64,000 nt of DNA from an uncultured archaeon (GTDB taxonomy: Archaea > Hadarchaeota > Hadarchaeia > Hadarchaeales > Hadarchaeaceae). The first letter of the stretch is position 1. Each line of letters starts with the position of its first letter. The position numbers and the translations under genes were made by a program. Where the stretch lies: assembly GCA_937921735.1 (NCBI GenBank), contig CAKZTQ010000015.1, positions 1 through 64,000 on the forward strand, given 5' to 3'. A model generated the notes under the pieces. It was not told the DNA's origin, did no database searches, and saw nothing but the letters and a program-made list of their open reading frames with translations. Below are positions 38,465 through 49,386 of this stretch, piece after piece.

Positions 38465-39772
38465 ATGAAAGCAGTAGTCCTATGCGCGGGACTAGGAAAA
38501 CGGATGCGTCCGCTTACCTTCACTAGGCCGAAGTTTTTGCTTCCCATAGCCGGGAAACCCGCCTTAGACCATGTGTTGTTGCTCCTGAAAAATGCCGGTA
38601 TGAATAAAATTGGCATGGTCGTAGGCTATGGAAAAGAACAGATAATGCAAAGATACGGCGACGGCTCCAAACTAGGAATAAAACTGGAATACCTCCACCA
38701 GCAGGAGTTGCTAGGGACCGCTAACGCTGTTTCGCTGGCCGAAGATTTCATCTCGAACGAAGATTTCTTAGTAATGAACGGGGATACGCTCGTAGACCAA
38801 GAATCCCTAAATCTCCTCCTAGAGCGCTATGAGGAGGTGAAGCACGAGGATGGCTTCGGCGGCATCATAAGCACGATCGAGGTCGAAGAGCCAGAGCAGT
38901 TCGGGATAGTCTTCCTCGACGGGAACAGGGTCGCAGAAATAGTGGAGAAACCGAAGACCGTCAAAAGCAGGTTGGCCAACGCGGGCATTTACATCTTCAC
39001 CCCGGAGATCTTCGATGCGGTAAAGAAGACCAAGAAGTCCAAGCGCGGAGAATATGAGCTGACCACCTCGATCCAAATGCTAATAGACAAGGGGAAAAAA
39101 ATCCTCGTCTCGCCGATAAATCTCTGGGCAGACATAGGCAGACCTTGGGATCTGCTAATCGCGAACGAGTACTTCCTGAAAGGGCAAAAGGGAGAGATCC
39201 GCGGCAAGGTCGAGCATGGCGCTTACATCGAGGAAAACGTCTACGTGGGTGAGGGCTCGAGAATTCGCTCGGGCTCGTACATTGAGGGACCAACCTACAT
39301 CGGCAACGGTTGTGACATCGGCCCCAACTGCTACATACGACCATATACTAGCATAGGCGACAACGTCAGGGTGGGTAACGGGGTCGAGATCAAGAACAGC
39401 ATCATAATGGATGGTACGCATATCGCACACCTCTCCTACGTGGGGGATAGCGTCATAGGCAGCAATTGCAATCTCGGCGCCGGCACGACCATCGCTAACC
39501 TTCGCCTAGACGAGGAAGAGGTCAAGATGAAGATAAGCGGTAAAGTGGTGAGCACGGGCAGGAGGAAGCTCGGGACGATACTCGCGGACAACGTGAAAAC
39601 CGGCGTGAATTGCATGATCAATCCAGGCGTCAAGATAGGGCCAAATGCGGCGATCGGTCCGGGGGCGGTGGTCTACGAGGACGTACCGCCAAACACGCTC
39701 GTGCTGGCTAAACCCCTCATGGTGAAAAAGAAGTGGCCAACGGGGGGCGCGAAAGTAGGAAGCAGCGGATGA
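38465..39772 (+). CDS. glmU: Bifunctional sugar-1-phosphate nucleotidyltransferase/acetyltransferase
   Basis: LCAGLGKRMRPLT, VEKP, hexapeptide repeats, HLSYVGDS. Confidence 0.88.
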   Translation: MKAVVLCAGLGKRMRPLTFTRPKFLLPIAGKPALDHVLLLLKNAGMNKIGMVVGYGKEQIMQRYGDGSKLGIKLEYLHQQELLGTANAVSLAEDFISNEDFLVMNGDTLVDQESLNLLLERYEEVKHEDGFGGIISTIEVEEPEQFGIVFLDGNRVAEIVEKPKTVKSRLANAGIYIFTPEIFDAVKKTKKSKRGEYELTTSIQMLIDKGKKILVSPINLWADIGRPWDLLIANEYFLKGQKGEIRGKVEHGAYIEENVYVGEGSRIRSGSYIEGPTYIGNGCDIGPNCYIRPYTSIGDNVRVGNGVEIKNSIIMDGTHIAHLSYVGDSVIGSNCNLGAGTTIANLRLDEEEVKMKISGKVVSTGRRKLGTILADNVKTGVNCMINPGVKIGPNAAIGPGAVVYEDVPPNTLVLAKPLMVKKKWPTGGAKVGSSG

Positions 39773-39786
39773 GGAAAGTGTAACAT

Positions 39787-40122
39787 ATGAGCGAATATAC
39801 CTTGGAAGAATTCCGCAGAAAATTCCCTCACCTGGCTAAGGAAATGGGAGGAGTTGGAACCCTTCGAATCGACGCGGTGCGGACGAGTTTAAAGGAGGCC
39901 GAAAAGGCCGCTCATTCCATCCAAGGCTACGAGCCCACCGTCGTCGACTTCATCAGGCGCTGCGATACCGACGATCAGGCGCTTGAAATAATAAACTTTC
40001 TCGAAGCGCGTGGGACAATAGATCCGGATTATGCGAAGAGGTTGCGCAGCCAGTTGGTTCGGTGTGGGGTGCGGAGCTTCGGTCCGAAAAAGAACCCGGG
40101 GTATTATTACGAGCAGGGTTAG
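39787..40122 (+). CDS. DUF2095-like conserved archaeal protein
   Basis: FPHLAKE, GYEPTVVDFIRRCDT, RSFG.KK.PGYY. Confidence 0.75.
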   Translation: MSEYTLEEFRRKFPHLAKEMGGVGTLRIDAVRTSLKEAEKAAHSIQGYEPTVVDFIRRCDTDDQALEIINFLEARGTIDPDYAKRLRSQLVRCGVRSFGPKKNPGYYYEQG

Positions 40123-40124
40123 AC

Positions 40125-41327
40125 ATGCTCGAGATCGGCCTGGTGGGCAAACCCAACACGGGTAAAACCACTTTTTTCAATGCCGCCACGCTAGCTAATG
40201 CGCCCGTAGCAGGATATCCCTTCACAACGATAGATGCCAACATCGGCGTGACCTACATCAGGAGCGAATGCCCATGCGTCGAGTTTAAAGTGAGGTGCAA
40301 TCCTCAGAACTCCACCTGCATCAACGGCGTCAGGTTCGTCCCGGTTCGCATAATAGACGTCGCAGGGCTGGTAGAGGGGGCACACCTTGGCAGGGGGTTG
40401 GGCAACAGGTTTCTGGACAACCTCAGAACAGCTGCCGCGCTGATACACGTTATAGATGCCTCCGGTTCCACCGATGCGGAGGGCAAACCCTGTCCGCCCG
40501 GCACTCATGACCCCCTCCAAGATGTCTGGTTCCCGGAGGTGGAGATCGCCCTTTGGCTGAGGGGGCTGCTCGCCAAGGATTGGGTGAAGTTCGCCCGGAG
40601 GGCGAAGTACGAGGAGCTGGACTTAGTCAAGGCGATCGCGGAACGCCTCAGCGGACTTGGCATCAAAGAAAAACACGTCGCGCGCGCCCTTAAGGAGGCA
40701 GGTGTAGATCGGTCAAATCCGGATAAATGGTCGGACGACGACCTCCTAAGGTTTGCGGTCGAACTCAGAAAGGTCAGCAAGCCAATTATCATAGCCGCAA
40801 ACAAGGCTGATCTGCCGGAGGCCGAGCCGAATATCGAGCGCCTCCGCCAAAGGGGGTACATTGTCATCCCCACTTGCTCAGAGGCGGAGCTTTTGCTCAG
40901 GCGCGCGAGCGAGAAGGGCCTCATCCGATATGAGCCGGGCGATGGGGATTTCGTGATACTTAAACCGGAGGCGCTCACAGAGGCGCAACTTAGAGCATTG
41001 GAGCTCACGCGGAAATTACTGAGGAAATGGGGCTCCACAGGCGTACAACAGGTGATAGACAAAGCCATATACGAGCTTCTTGAACTGATCGTGGTTTACC
41101 CCGTCGAGGACGAAAACAAGCTCACAGACAAAAAGGGAAATGTCCTGCCTGATGCCTTCCTCGTCCCGCGGGGGACTAGGGCGCGGGACTTGGCATACAT
41201 GATACATACCGAGCTCGGCGATTCCTTCATTTATGCGATCGACGCCAGGACGAAGATGCGCGTGGGCGAAGACTACGTGCTCAAGGATAGGGATGTCATC
41301 CGAATAGTGGCGGCAAAGGGAAGGTAA
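40125..41327 (+). CDS. ychF: YchF/Ola1-family translation-associated NTPase
   Basis: GKPNTGKTT, YPFTTI, DVAGLV, NKAD, TGS domain. Confidence 0.92.
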   Translation: MLEIGLVGKPNTGKTTFFNAATLANAPVAGYPFTTIDANIGVTYIRSECPCVEFKVRCNPQNSTCINGVRFVPVRIIDVAGLVEGAHLGRGLGNRFLDNLRTAAALIHVIDASGSTDAEGKPCPPGTHDPLQDVWFPEVEIALWLRGLLAKDWVKFARRAKYEELDLVKAIAERLSGLGIKEKHVARALKEAGVDRSNPDKWSDDDLLRFAVELRKVSKPIIIAANKADLPEAEPNIERLRQRGYIVIPTCSEAELLLRRASEKGLIRYEPGDGDFVILKPEALTEAQLRALELTRKLLRKWGSTGVQQVIDKAIYELLELIVVYPVEDENKLTDKKGNVLPDAFLVPRGTRARDLAYMIHTELGDSFIYAIDARTKMRVGEDYVLKDRDVIRIVAAKGR

Positions 41328-41361
41328 AAACTATAAGATGACCAAACTAATTGCTTAAAAA

Positions 41362-42285
41362 GTGGTGAATCGATTGACCAAGATATTGATTACCGACCCA
41401 ATACACGAGGACGGAATCAGGCTGCTGAAAGAGATCGGACAGGTCGACGTGAAGATCGGCTTGAACCAAGAACAATTGCTACTAGAGGTAGGCGACTATG
41501 ATGTCTTAGTGGTGAGAAGCGCGACGAAGGTTACGCGAGAGGTCATCGAGGCCGGCAAGAACCTAAAATTGATCGCCAGGGCTGGAGCCGGACTGGACAA
41601 CATAGATGTCGAGGCCGCTGAGGCTAGGGGTATCGAGGTCATCAACTCACCCGAGTCGGTGACCGCTGCAGTCGCCGAGTTGACAATTGGATTGATGCTC
41701 TCGCTAGCCCGAAGGATACCGCGCGCCGATCGAGGCATGAAGCTTGGACGATGGGAGAAATCTGAGTTGATAGGCACCGAACTCAGAGGCAAAACGTTGG
41801 GCATCGTGGGAACAGGACGAATCGGGCGAGCCGTTGGCTACAAGGCCAAAGCATTTCTCATGGACTTGCTGGCCTACGATATCGTCACCAACGAGGAATT
41901 TAGGGAAAGAACCGGCTGTAGATACGTAGATCTCCAAACGCTCTTAAGGGAATCCGACTTCGTGACGCTACATGTAGCGCTTACCCCTCAAACCAGGCAC
42001 ATGATAGGTAGGCGGGAGCTAAGCTTGATGAAGCCCACGGCCTTCCTCATCAATACCTCGAGGGGAGAAATAGTAGACGAGACCGCACTGGTGGAGGCGC
42101 TTAGGGAGGGAAAAATCGCCGGTGCCGCGCTCGATGTCTACGAGAGGGAGCCGCCAACGGATAGTCCGTTGCTGAAGCTGGAGAACGTCATCCTAACTCC
42201 CCACATTGGAGCTTCAACGATCGAGGCTCAACGCGACGCCGGTATCCTGATAGCCAAGAAAATTAGAGAGGCGTTAAGCCGATGA
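41362..42285 (+). CDS. D-3-phosphoglycerate dehydrogenase-like 2-hydroxyacid dehydrogenase (no ACT domain)
   Basis: RAGAGLDNID, GTGRIG, NTSRG, TPHIGAST. Confidence 0.88.
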   Translation: MVNRLTKILITDPIHEDGIRLLKEIGQVDVKIGLNQEQLLLEVGDYDVLVVRSATKVTREVIEAGKNLKLIARAGAGLDNIDVEAAEARGIEVINSPESVTAAVAELTIGLMLSLARRIPRADRGMKLGRWEKSELIGTELRGKTLGIVGTGRIGRAVGYKAKAFLMDLLAYDIVTNEEFRERTGCRYVDLQTLLRESDFVTLHVALTPQTRHMIGRRELSLMKPTAFLINTSRGEIVDETALVEALREGKIAGAALDVYEREPPTDSPLLKLENVILTPHIGASTIEAQRDAGILIAKKIREALSR

Positions 42286-42330
42286 TTTTTATAGCCATCC
42301 CGACGTAGAATTTCCGCCGAGGCGATTGGG

Positions 42331-42900
42331 TTGTACAAATACCTTAGAGAGGCATGGGCGTCAAAGGAGGGTTATGCAAAGGAGCTGATGCGCCAACGCA
42401 TGAAAGAATGGAGGCGTGGACCAGCGATAGTTCGCATAGAGAAGCCGACGAGGTTGGACCGCGCCAGAGCTCTGGGCTATAAAGCAAAGCAGGGCGTGGT
42501 GGTCGTACGCGTACGAGTCCGAAAGGGCGGGAGGAGAAAGGCACGGCCATCGCGAGGGCGAAGGCCAAAACGGATGGGCGTCAAGAAGCTCGTGCCCAAG
42601 AAGAGCATCCAAGTGATTGCTGAGGAGCGAGCTGCGAGAAAGTACCCAAACCTCGAGGTGCTCAACTCATATCCAGTGGGCGACGACGGGCAACACCGCT
42701 ACTTTGAGGTCATCATGCTCGACCCGAGTCACCCCGCCATCCGCAGCGATCCCGATTTGGGCTGGATCGCCAACCCGAGCCAAAAGGGGAGGGTTTACCG
42801 AGGACTTACCAGTGCAGGCAAGAAGTCGAGGGGACTCAGGCGGAAGGGGAAAGGTGCCGAAAAGGTTCGGCCTAGCGTTAGGGCAAAGCGTCGCGGGTGA
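42331..42900 (+). CDS. rpl15e: Ribosomal protein L15e
   Basis: [24 protein letters not shown]. Confidence 0.96.
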   Translation: MYKYLREAWASKEGYAKELMRQRMKEWRRGPAIVRIEKPTRLDRARALGYKAKQGVVVVRVRVRKGGRRKARPSRGRRPKRMGVKKLVPKKSIQVIAEERAARKYPNLEVLNSYPVGDDGQHRYFEVIMLDPSHPAIRSDPDLGWIANPSQKGRVYRGLTSAGKKSRGLRRKGKGAEKVRPSVRAKRRG

Positions 42901-42904
42901 TGCC

Positions 42905-43360
42905 GTGAAGTTCCCGTTCAGCAACGCAAGCGTCGACGCGCTCGTTCACGCGACGGAAGACGAAAAAAAGGTGCTGGCGGCGCTGGAGAACTTGCTACCA
43001 AAAGGGGTGGAAGTTCGAAAGACAAAGCTGAGGGGCCATTACGGCAATCCCATCATCGCCCTCCACGCCTCAATCGAGCAAAAGAAGTTAGTGCGCGAGC
43101 TCTGGCAGCATATCCTGAGCAAGCTTCGCGCGGGCGATCTGGATAAACTCAGGAAGGCCGCGGCGAAAAGGATAGACCCTGCCTGTCGGCTCCACCTTAG
43201 GTTCAATAAACAACTCGCGTACACGGGAGAATTTGCGCTCGAGGACGGAAGCGATGTCATCCATCTTAAGTTGAAAGTGGCCGCCTATCCTGCTAAGCAA
43301 AAGGTCGCGAGCAAGCTCGTGGAGGAATTCATCGCAGAAGCTTCCCACGAGGACTTCTAG
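42905..43360 (+). CDS. Exosome-operon RNA-binding protein (COG1325-like)
   Basis: HATEDEKKV, GHYGNPI, LRFNKQ. Confidence 0.85.
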   Translation: MKFPFSNASVDALVHATEDEKKVLAALENLLPKGVEVRKTKLRGHYGNPIIALHASIEQKKLVRELWQHILSKLRAGDLDKLRKAAAKRIDPACRLHLRFNKQLAYTGEFALEDGSDVIHLKLKVAAYPAKQKVASKLVEEFIAEASHEDF

Positions 43361-43365
43361 AGGCG

Positions 43366-43698
43366 ATGGAAGTGAGGGCGAGGCGTAGATATGTTGCCTT
43401 CCAGATTATTGGAAGCAGGGTCGATAGGGGGAAGGTTGCCGATATCTTAAAATCCTTGCTGCAGCAGATTTCTCTGAATCTGGAATCACCGGAGGCCGAG
43501 CCAAAGCTCATCCTGTTCGACGAGGCCGCGCAGCGGGGGCTTTTAAGGTGCGGGCACAGATTGCTCGCCCAAGTCAAGGACAAGCTCAGCAGAGCGGAGG
43601 GGATGAACGACAAAAGCGCAAAATTTATAATTTTGGGGGTTTCTGGCACCATAAAAACAGCAAAAAGAAAGTTCTTTTCATCCCCGCGGGGAACATGA
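43366..43698 (+). CDS. rnp2: RNase P protein component Pop5/Rpp14
   Basis: RRRYVAF, GLLRC, GVSGTIK. Confidence 0.82.
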   Translation: MEVRARRRYVAFQIIGSRVDRGKVADILKSLLQQISLNLESPEAEPKLILFDEAAQRGLLRCGHRLLAQVKDKLSRAEGMNDKSAKFIILGVSGTIKTAKRKFFSSPRGT

Positions 43699-43704
43699 CG
43701 TGAC

Positions 43705-44691
43705 CTAAGCTCTCACGAGATGACATGCCACGTAGTGCCCGTCCTCCACCTCTGAGAACTCCGGTTCTCTCTCCCTGCATACCGGCTTTGCGTACGGGCA
43801 CCTCGGGTGGAACCTACAGCCGGGCGGGGGATCTATCACGCTCGGTATTTCGCCCCTGAGCACGATGCCCTTTGGCTTATATTTAGGGTCCGGAACGGGC
43901 ACGGCAGCGAGAAGCGATTGCGTGTACGGGTGCAGCGGGTTATCACGCAGCTCGCTTTGCGGCGCTATCTCCACTATCTTCCCCACGTACATCACCGCGA
44001 TCCTATCGCTCATGTGCTCCACGACGTTCAGATCATGCGAGATGAGGAGGTAGGTAAAGCTGAACTTCTCCCGCAGGTCGCTCAATAGGTTGAGGATATG
44101 GGCTTGAACTGACACATCTAACGCCGAGGTAGGCTCGTCGAGGACCACGAAGTCCGGCTTCAGGACCAGGACTCTAGCAATCGCGATCCTCTGTTGCTGG
44201 CCCCCGCTGAACTCGTGGGGGAACCTCTCGAGGTGCTCTGGCCCCAAGCCCACCTCCTTCAGCACGTCGAGCACTATTTTCTCCTTTTCCTCTCCCTTAG
44301 CTATACCATGAATCTCTAGCGGCCTGCCGACTATTTCGGAAACCGTCATCCTAGGGTTCAGCGACGACTGTGGGTGCTGGTACACAACCCCCATCCTCCT
44401 CCTCAGCCTCCGCAGCTCTTCGTCGCTCATCTTCGCCAAATCCCTGCCATCGAAATATATCTTGCCAGCGGTGGGTCTGATGAGCCCCAGTATGAGCTTC
44501 CCCACCGTCGTCTTCCCACAGCCACTTTCACCCACTAGGCCGAAGACCTCTCCCCTTTGGATGTGGAAGTCCACACCATCAACAGCCCTGATCCACCTAA
44601 CCCTCCTCGAGAAGATCCCCTTCTTGGTCTCGAAATACTTTTTAAGGCCTTGAACAGCCACAAGATCCCTATTCGCGCCAGCCTTCACCAT
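43705..44691 (-). CDS. Opp/Dpp-type ABC ATPase (F subunit)
   Basis: [30 protein letters not shown]. Confidence 0.95.
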   Translation of the reverse strand: MVKAGANRDLVAVQGLKKYFETKKGIFSRRVRWIRAVDGVDFHIQRGEVFGLVGESGCGKTTVGKLILGLIRPTAGKIYFDGRDLAKMSDEELRRLRRRMGVVYQHPQSSLNPRMTVSEIVGRPLEIHGIAKGEEKEKIVLDVLKEVGLGPEHLERFPHEFSGGQQQRIAIARVLVLKPDFVVLDEPTSALDVSVQAHILNLLSDLREKFSFTYLLISHDLNVVEHMSDRIAVMYVGKIVEIAPQSELRDNPLHPYTQSLLAAVPVPDPKYKPKGIVLRGEIPSVIDPPPGCRFHPRCPYAKPVCREREPEFSEVEDGHYVACHLVRA

Positions 44692-44693
44692 AT

Positions 44694-45683
44694 TTAACCC
44701 CTACTGAAGAGGTGACACCTCACCGAATGTCCTTTTTCCACTTCAATCGTGACCGGATCCTCCTTCGTGCAGACCTCCATAGCGAAGGGGCAGCGCGGGT
44801 GGAACCTGCAGCCTGGCGGAGGATTGACCAAGCTGGGGACCATGCCGGGAATTGTCACGAGTTTTCCGCGCGAAACATCCGCCTTGGGTATTGCCTTGAG
44901 CAAGGCTTGGGTATAAGGATGCTTTGGCTCCTCGAACAGCGTGATCAGATCAGCCTCTTCCACGATGTTCCCCGCATACATCACCGCCACGCGGTCGCAC
45001 ATCTGGGCTATGACCCCTAGGTTATGAGTGATGATCAAGATAGATGTATTGAGCTTGCGCCTTAGCTCCTTCATCAACTCTAGGATTTGCGCTTGGATGG
45101 TCACATCGAGCGCCGTCGTGGGCTCGTCCGCAATGAGCAGCGAGGGATTGCACGATAACATCATCGCGATCATCGCTCGTTGCTTCATGCCCCCACTGAA
45201 CTGATGGGGGTACTCGACGACCCTGACCTCAGGATCTGGCATGCCGACAAGCTTCAGCATCTCCACCACTTTTTTCGGCACCTCTTCAGGACTTATCAAG
45301 CGCTCCTCGATCACCTGGTGCAGCTCTATGGGTTCAGCTATCTGATCGCCTATCGTGAAGACGGGATTGAGCGCCGTGTGGGGATCCTGGAATATCATCG
45401 AGATCTCTTTCCCCCTTAAGCGTCTCATCTCCTCGTCGCTTATCTTGAGCAGGTCCCTGCCCTTGAAGATCACCTTGCCAGCGACGATCTTGCCAGGCGG
45501 GCTCGGGATCAACCTCAGAATTGAAAGGGCGGTGACGGATTTGCCGCAGCCGCTTTCGCCAACCAAACCCAAGATCTCGCCCTTCTGCACGTCAAAGCTC
45601 ACCCCATCGACGGCTTTCACCACCCCCTCCTCCATGAAGAAGTACGTCTTCAGCCCCTTCACCTCGAGCAACGGTTTGGCCAT
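44694..45683 (-). CDS. Opp/Dpp-type ABC ATPase (D subunit)
   Basis: [22 protein letters not shown]. Confidence 0.95.
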   Translation of the reverse strand: MAKPLLEVKGLKTYFFMEEGVVKAVDGVSFDVQKGEILGLVGESGCGKSVTALSILRLIPSPPGKIVAGKVIFKGRDLLKISDEEMRRLRGKEISMIFQDPHTALNPVFTIGDQIAEPIELHQVIEERLISPEEVPKKVVEMLKLVGMPDPEVRVVEYPHQFSGGMKQRAMIAMMLSCNPSLLIADEPTTALDVTIQAQILELMKELRRKLNTSILIITHNLGVIAQMCDRVAVMYAGNIVEEADLITLFEEPKHPYTQALLKAIPKADVSRGKLVTIPGMVPSLVNPPPGCRFHPRCPFAMEVCTKEDPVTIEVEKGHSVRCHLFSRG

Positions 45684-45685
45684 AG

Positions 45686-46591
45686 CTAACCCCTCAATCT
45701 CGGATCAAACGCGTCCCTCAGCGCGTCGCCTAAGAAATTGAACCCTAAGACGGTTATGATTATGGCTATCCCCGGATACACGGACATCAAGGGTCTTTCG
45801 GCCAAAAACCTGCTGTGCTCCTTAAGCATCGCTCCCCAGTCTGGCGTCGGAGGCTGCACGCCGAGCCCGAGGAAACTCATAGCCGACGATAGGAGGATCG
45901 CCGCCGGCAGCGTCATCGTGGCGAGCACGATCAGAGGGGATATTATGTTGGGCAACACGTAGCGAAGGATTATGCTCCTGTCCCTTTCCCCGATGGCCTT
46001 AGCGGCCTCGATGTACACCTCCTCCTTCACCGCAAGGACCTGACCGCGGGTCAGCCTAGCATAACCGGCCCAGCCCGTTATCGACAGGGCGATCACCAAC
46101 TTGTAAAGGCCTGGGCCGAAGAACCCGACGAAGGCGATCGCGAGCACCAAGCCAGGGAACGCGATCACCGCATCTACTACCCTCATCATCGCCTCATCCA
46201 ATCTTCCACCTCGGTAGCCGGCTATCAGCCCGTACGGCACTCCGATCGCAGCTTCGAACGAGACGAGCAGGATTCCTATCGTAAGCGCGATCCTAGAACC
46301 GTAGACAATCCTGCTGAAGATGCATCTACCGAGATCATCTGTCCCCAGTGGATATTTTTTGCTTGGACCTAACAGTTTGTCCTGCAAGTGCTGAGTTTCC
46401 GGGTCGTGCGGAGCTATGAAGTCGGCGAATATCGCTACCCCGACTATCGCCAGCACGATGCCCAATCCTACCCAAGCCCTAACATCTCGCTTGAGATATC
46501 TCAACGCGGGCGACCTGCCCATCCTTTTTATATAGCTTTGGATTGAGGCGCCGACACCCTTCACAGCTTGTAGGAAAGCCATCATTACCAA
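45686..46591 (-). CDS. Opp/Dpp-type ABC permease (C subunit)
   Basis: LGTDDLGR, EAAKAIG, SFLGLG. Confidence 0.95.
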   Translation of the reverse strand: MVMMAFLQAVKGVGASIQSYIKRMGRSPALRYLKRDVRAWVGLGIVLAIVGVAIFADFIAPHDPETQHLQDKLLGPSKKYPLGTDDLGRCIFSRIVYGSRIALTIGILLVSFEAAIGVPYGLIAGYRGGRLDEAMMRVVDAVIAFPGLVLAIAFVGFFGPGLYKLVIALSITGWAGYARLTRGQVLAVKEEVYIEAAKAIGERDRSIILRYVLPNIISPLIVLATMTLPAAILLSSAMSFLGLGVQPPTPDWGAMLKEHSRFLAERPLMSVYPGIAIIITVLGFNFLGDALRDAFDPRLRG

Positions 46592-46603
46592 CTTTTCCCC
46601 GGC

Positions 46604-47536
46604 TTATTTCTTTTCCTCGTACCTAATTTTCGGGTTGAGGTAAGCGTAGGTGATGTCGCAGAGCAGGTTTGCCACCACCGCCAGCACCACGTACATAAAC
46701 ATGACCGCGAGTACGGTGAGGAAGTCGGGCGAGGTGCCGAGTATGGAATCGACCATCAGCCTCCCCATGCCCGGCCAGGCGAATACCTTCTCTATTACCA
46801 CGGTGCCTCCGAAGAGGAACGGGAGCCTCAGGAACAATATCGTGACCACCGGGATGAAGGCGTTCTTCAGCGCGTGCTTGTAGATGACCATCCTCTCCCG
46901 CAACCCCTTTGCCCTAGCCGTCCTGATGTAGTCCTGCCTTAGCACGTCGAGCATGCTCGACCTCGTCAGTCTAGCCACGGACCCGGCTTGAGAAGTGCCC
47001 AGCGTGAGGGCCGGCAATATGAGATATTTGATGCCCCCGTAGCCAGCCACGGGAAGCCAGCCCAGCCATATCCCGAATATCAATATCGCCATCAAGCCCT
47101 GCCAGAAGTTGGGTATGGAGACGCCGAAGAGCGCGATCCCCATACTCGTGTAGTCGACCCATGTCTTTCGCCTAAGCGCCGCGACGATGCCCAGAGGAAT
47201 ACCCATCCCCAGCGAGACCAAGAAGGCAGCGAGCGTCAACTCGAGTGTGCGAGGAAGCCTTTCCCATATCAGTTGAGAGACGGGTGCCCCCCACTTCCAA
47301 GATCGTCCAAAGTCGCCCCTCAGGAGCCTGCTCAACCATAGGAAGTATTGCTCGTAGAGGGGCTTATCCAGCCCGTAGGCCTTACGTATGCTCTCGATCT
47401 GCTCAGGACCGGCCATCGGACCTGCTATCCTCGCCGCCGGATCCCCGGTGGCAAACATCAACAGAAAGGTCGCGACCGAAACACCTAGAAGTATTGGGAT
47501 GATCGTGAGCAATCTCTTTATTATGAACTTGTACAT
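46604..47536 (-). CDS. Opp/Dpp-type ABC permease (B subunit)
   Basis: GDFGRS, DYIRTARAKGL, FAWPGMG. Confidence 0.95.
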   Translation of the reverse strand: MYKFIIKRLLTIIPILLGVSVATFLLMFATGDPAARIAGPMAGPEQIESIRKAYGLDKPLYEQYFLWLSRLLRGDFGRSWKWGAPVSQLIWERLPRTLELTLAAFLVSLGMGIPLGIVAALRRKTWVDYTSMGIALFGVSIPNFWQGLMAILIFGIWLGWLPVAGYGGIKYLILPALTLGTSQAGSVARLTRSSMLDVLRQDYIRTARAKGLRERMVIYKHALKNAFIPVVTILFLRLPFLFGGTVVIEKVFAWPGMGRLMVDSILGTSPDFLTVLAVMFMYVVLAVVANLLCDITYAYLNPKIRYEEKK

Positions 47537-47589
47537 CTTTCGTCCCGATTATTTTTTGTAAGGCTCGCTCGTATTTAAGGATGGGGTAC

Positions 47590-49227
47590 TTACTTCTCGA
47601 TGTAGGTGTCGAGGAACTTCCAGCACTGGCCCAGCAGCGGATGCGGCCTGAAACCCTTCACCTCGGTTCTATAGGCCATGAACATCGCTCGCTCGACCAA
47701 AGGTATGATGACGGCGTCGTCCATGATTAATCTCTGACTTTCGTAGAGGGCCGTGAGGGCGACGTTGTCGTCGAGCGAGAAGGTGTTCTCGATTACGGCA
47801 TCCGAGTAATCGCTTCCCCACCAGAACCTGTTTGGTCCCGGCGGCAGGCGCACGCGATGCCATAGCCACCATATCATGTCCGCCAAGGGCCAAGTATAGC
47901 CCATGATGAACATGTCGAAGTTACACTTCTGGATGCGGTCGATGAGCAGCCCGAACTCCAGGACTTGGATCTGGAGGTCGACGCCGACTAGCTTCCACTG
48001 CTCCCGCAAGATCTCCGCAAGCCTTGGGTAGGGAGGTGCTGAGGTGGTGAGCAGCTCGAGCGTCAGACCCTTACTATACCCCGCCTCGGCCAGCAACTGC
48101 CTCGCCTTCTCCGGATCGTAAGGATAATATTTTTCGACCTCCGGCCAATAGCCCCAGATGGAGGACACCAACGGCCCATGAGCTGGAGAACCAAGGTTTT
48201 CGTAGGCGTATATAACCAAGTTCTCCTTGTAGGTCGCATAGTTAAGCGCCTGCCTCACCCTGACGTCGTTACAAGGCGAGGGCTTCTTAGTGTCAGGCCA
48301 AGATTTCACCGGATAATGATCTGGCACCGGGAATAGCGTCGGCGAGCTACAGTTGAAGCCTAGGTAGACCATCGAAGAGTATGACTTCTTCAGCATCACT
48401 ATCTCCGGGTTCTTCTCCCACCTCGCGAACAACTCCTTGCGCGGGGCAGCTTGCTCTAACATATGAACATTTCCGGCCTCTAGCTCCGCTTCTTGCACGA
48501 GCGACTCCGGGATGACCCTAAAGGTTATCCCATCAAGGTAAGCGGGGCCGCGGTTCTGATAGCTCGCTGGACCCCACTTGTAGTCCGGATTTCGTTCAAG
48601 AACGATCCTGTCGTCGCGGATCCACTGCTTTACCTTGAAGGGCCCGGTACCGCAGAAGTGGCTTACTCCATAGTCCTCCTTATAGAGCTCGGCGCAGTGC
48701 GGACAGACTATCACGCTTGAGACGGTGGCGAACCAATCCACGATGAACCTATCCGGCTTCTTTAAGTGGATCCTAACTGTATAATCGTCTACCACCTCAA
48801 CGTCCAAGACGTTTACCACTGAGTCCTTATGTTTGGACTGTGGGAGGTTTTTCGCCCTCAAGACGCTATAACGCACCGCCTCCGCGGTGAAGGGATGGCC
48901 ACAGTGGAACTTCACATCGTCCCTCAAGTGGAAGGTGACGCTCAGCCCATCGGGCGCCACCTCCCAGGACTTCGCGAGGAGGGGCTGCCAAGACATGTCC
49001 CAGTCGAAGATCATAAGGGTATCGTAGATTAGGCCCGTAACACGGGTGGCGAAGTCAAAAACCGTCCGATGGGGGTCCAAGATATCGGCGTCAGCGCTTC
49101 GGCCGATGATAAGCCAGCCCCCGCTCCTCGGAGCGACTTCTGATGGTCCTTTGGTCACCGAGAACACAACAGCTGCTATTATCGCGATGACCACCACGAC
49201 CGCCACAACTGTGGTGACCTTAACCAT
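47590..49227 (-). CDS. Family-5 solute-binding protein
   Basis: N-terminal anchor, LAKSW, LRDDVKFH, GTGPF, YDPEKARQLL. Confidence 0.93.
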   Translation of the reverse strand: MVKVTTVVAVVVVIAIIAAVVFSVTKGPSEVAPRSGGWLIIGRSADADILDPHRTVFDFATRVTGLIYDTLMIFDWDMSWQPLLAKSWEVAPDGLSVTFHLRDDVKFHCGHPFTAEAVRYSVLRAKNLPQSKHKDSVVNVLDVEVVDDYTVRIHLKKPDRFIVDWFATVSSVIVCPHCAELYKEDYGVSHFCGTGPFKVKQWIRDDRIVLERNPDYKWGPASYQNRGPAYLDGITFRVIPESLVQEAELEAGNVHMLEQAAPRKELFARWEKNPEIVMLKKSYSSMVYLGFNCSSPTLFPVPDHYPVKSWPDTKKPSPCNDVRVRQALNYATYKENLVIYAYENLGSPAHGPLVSSIWGYWPEVEKYYPYDPEKARQLLAEAGYSKGLTLELLTTSAPPYPRLAEILREQWKLVGVDLQIQVLEFGLLIDRIQKCNFDMFIMGYTWPLADMIWWLWHRVRLPPGPNRFWWGSDYSDAVIENTFSLDDNVALTALYESQRLIMDDAVIIPLVERAMFMAYRTEVKGFRPHPLLGQCWKFLDTYIEK

Positions 49228-49316
49228 CGACCGACCCCACGCTCACTAATCATTAGAGTTCGATGTTTAAAAGAATATCGGGTCGACAAACACTGTTACG
49301 ATGAAAATGATGTTCT

Positions 49317-49353
49317 AAAAAAAGAAAAAAGCGAGGACACGCTTTTCCTCGCT
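49317..49353 (-). terminator. Hairpin plus T-run terminator after the surface-protein gene
   Basis: AGCGAGGA-N8-TCCTCGCT followed on the minus strand by TTTTTTCTTTTTTT. Confidence 0.65.
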
Positions 49354-49386
49354 CCTCGGCAATCAATCGGGTTTGATATCCGGCGA

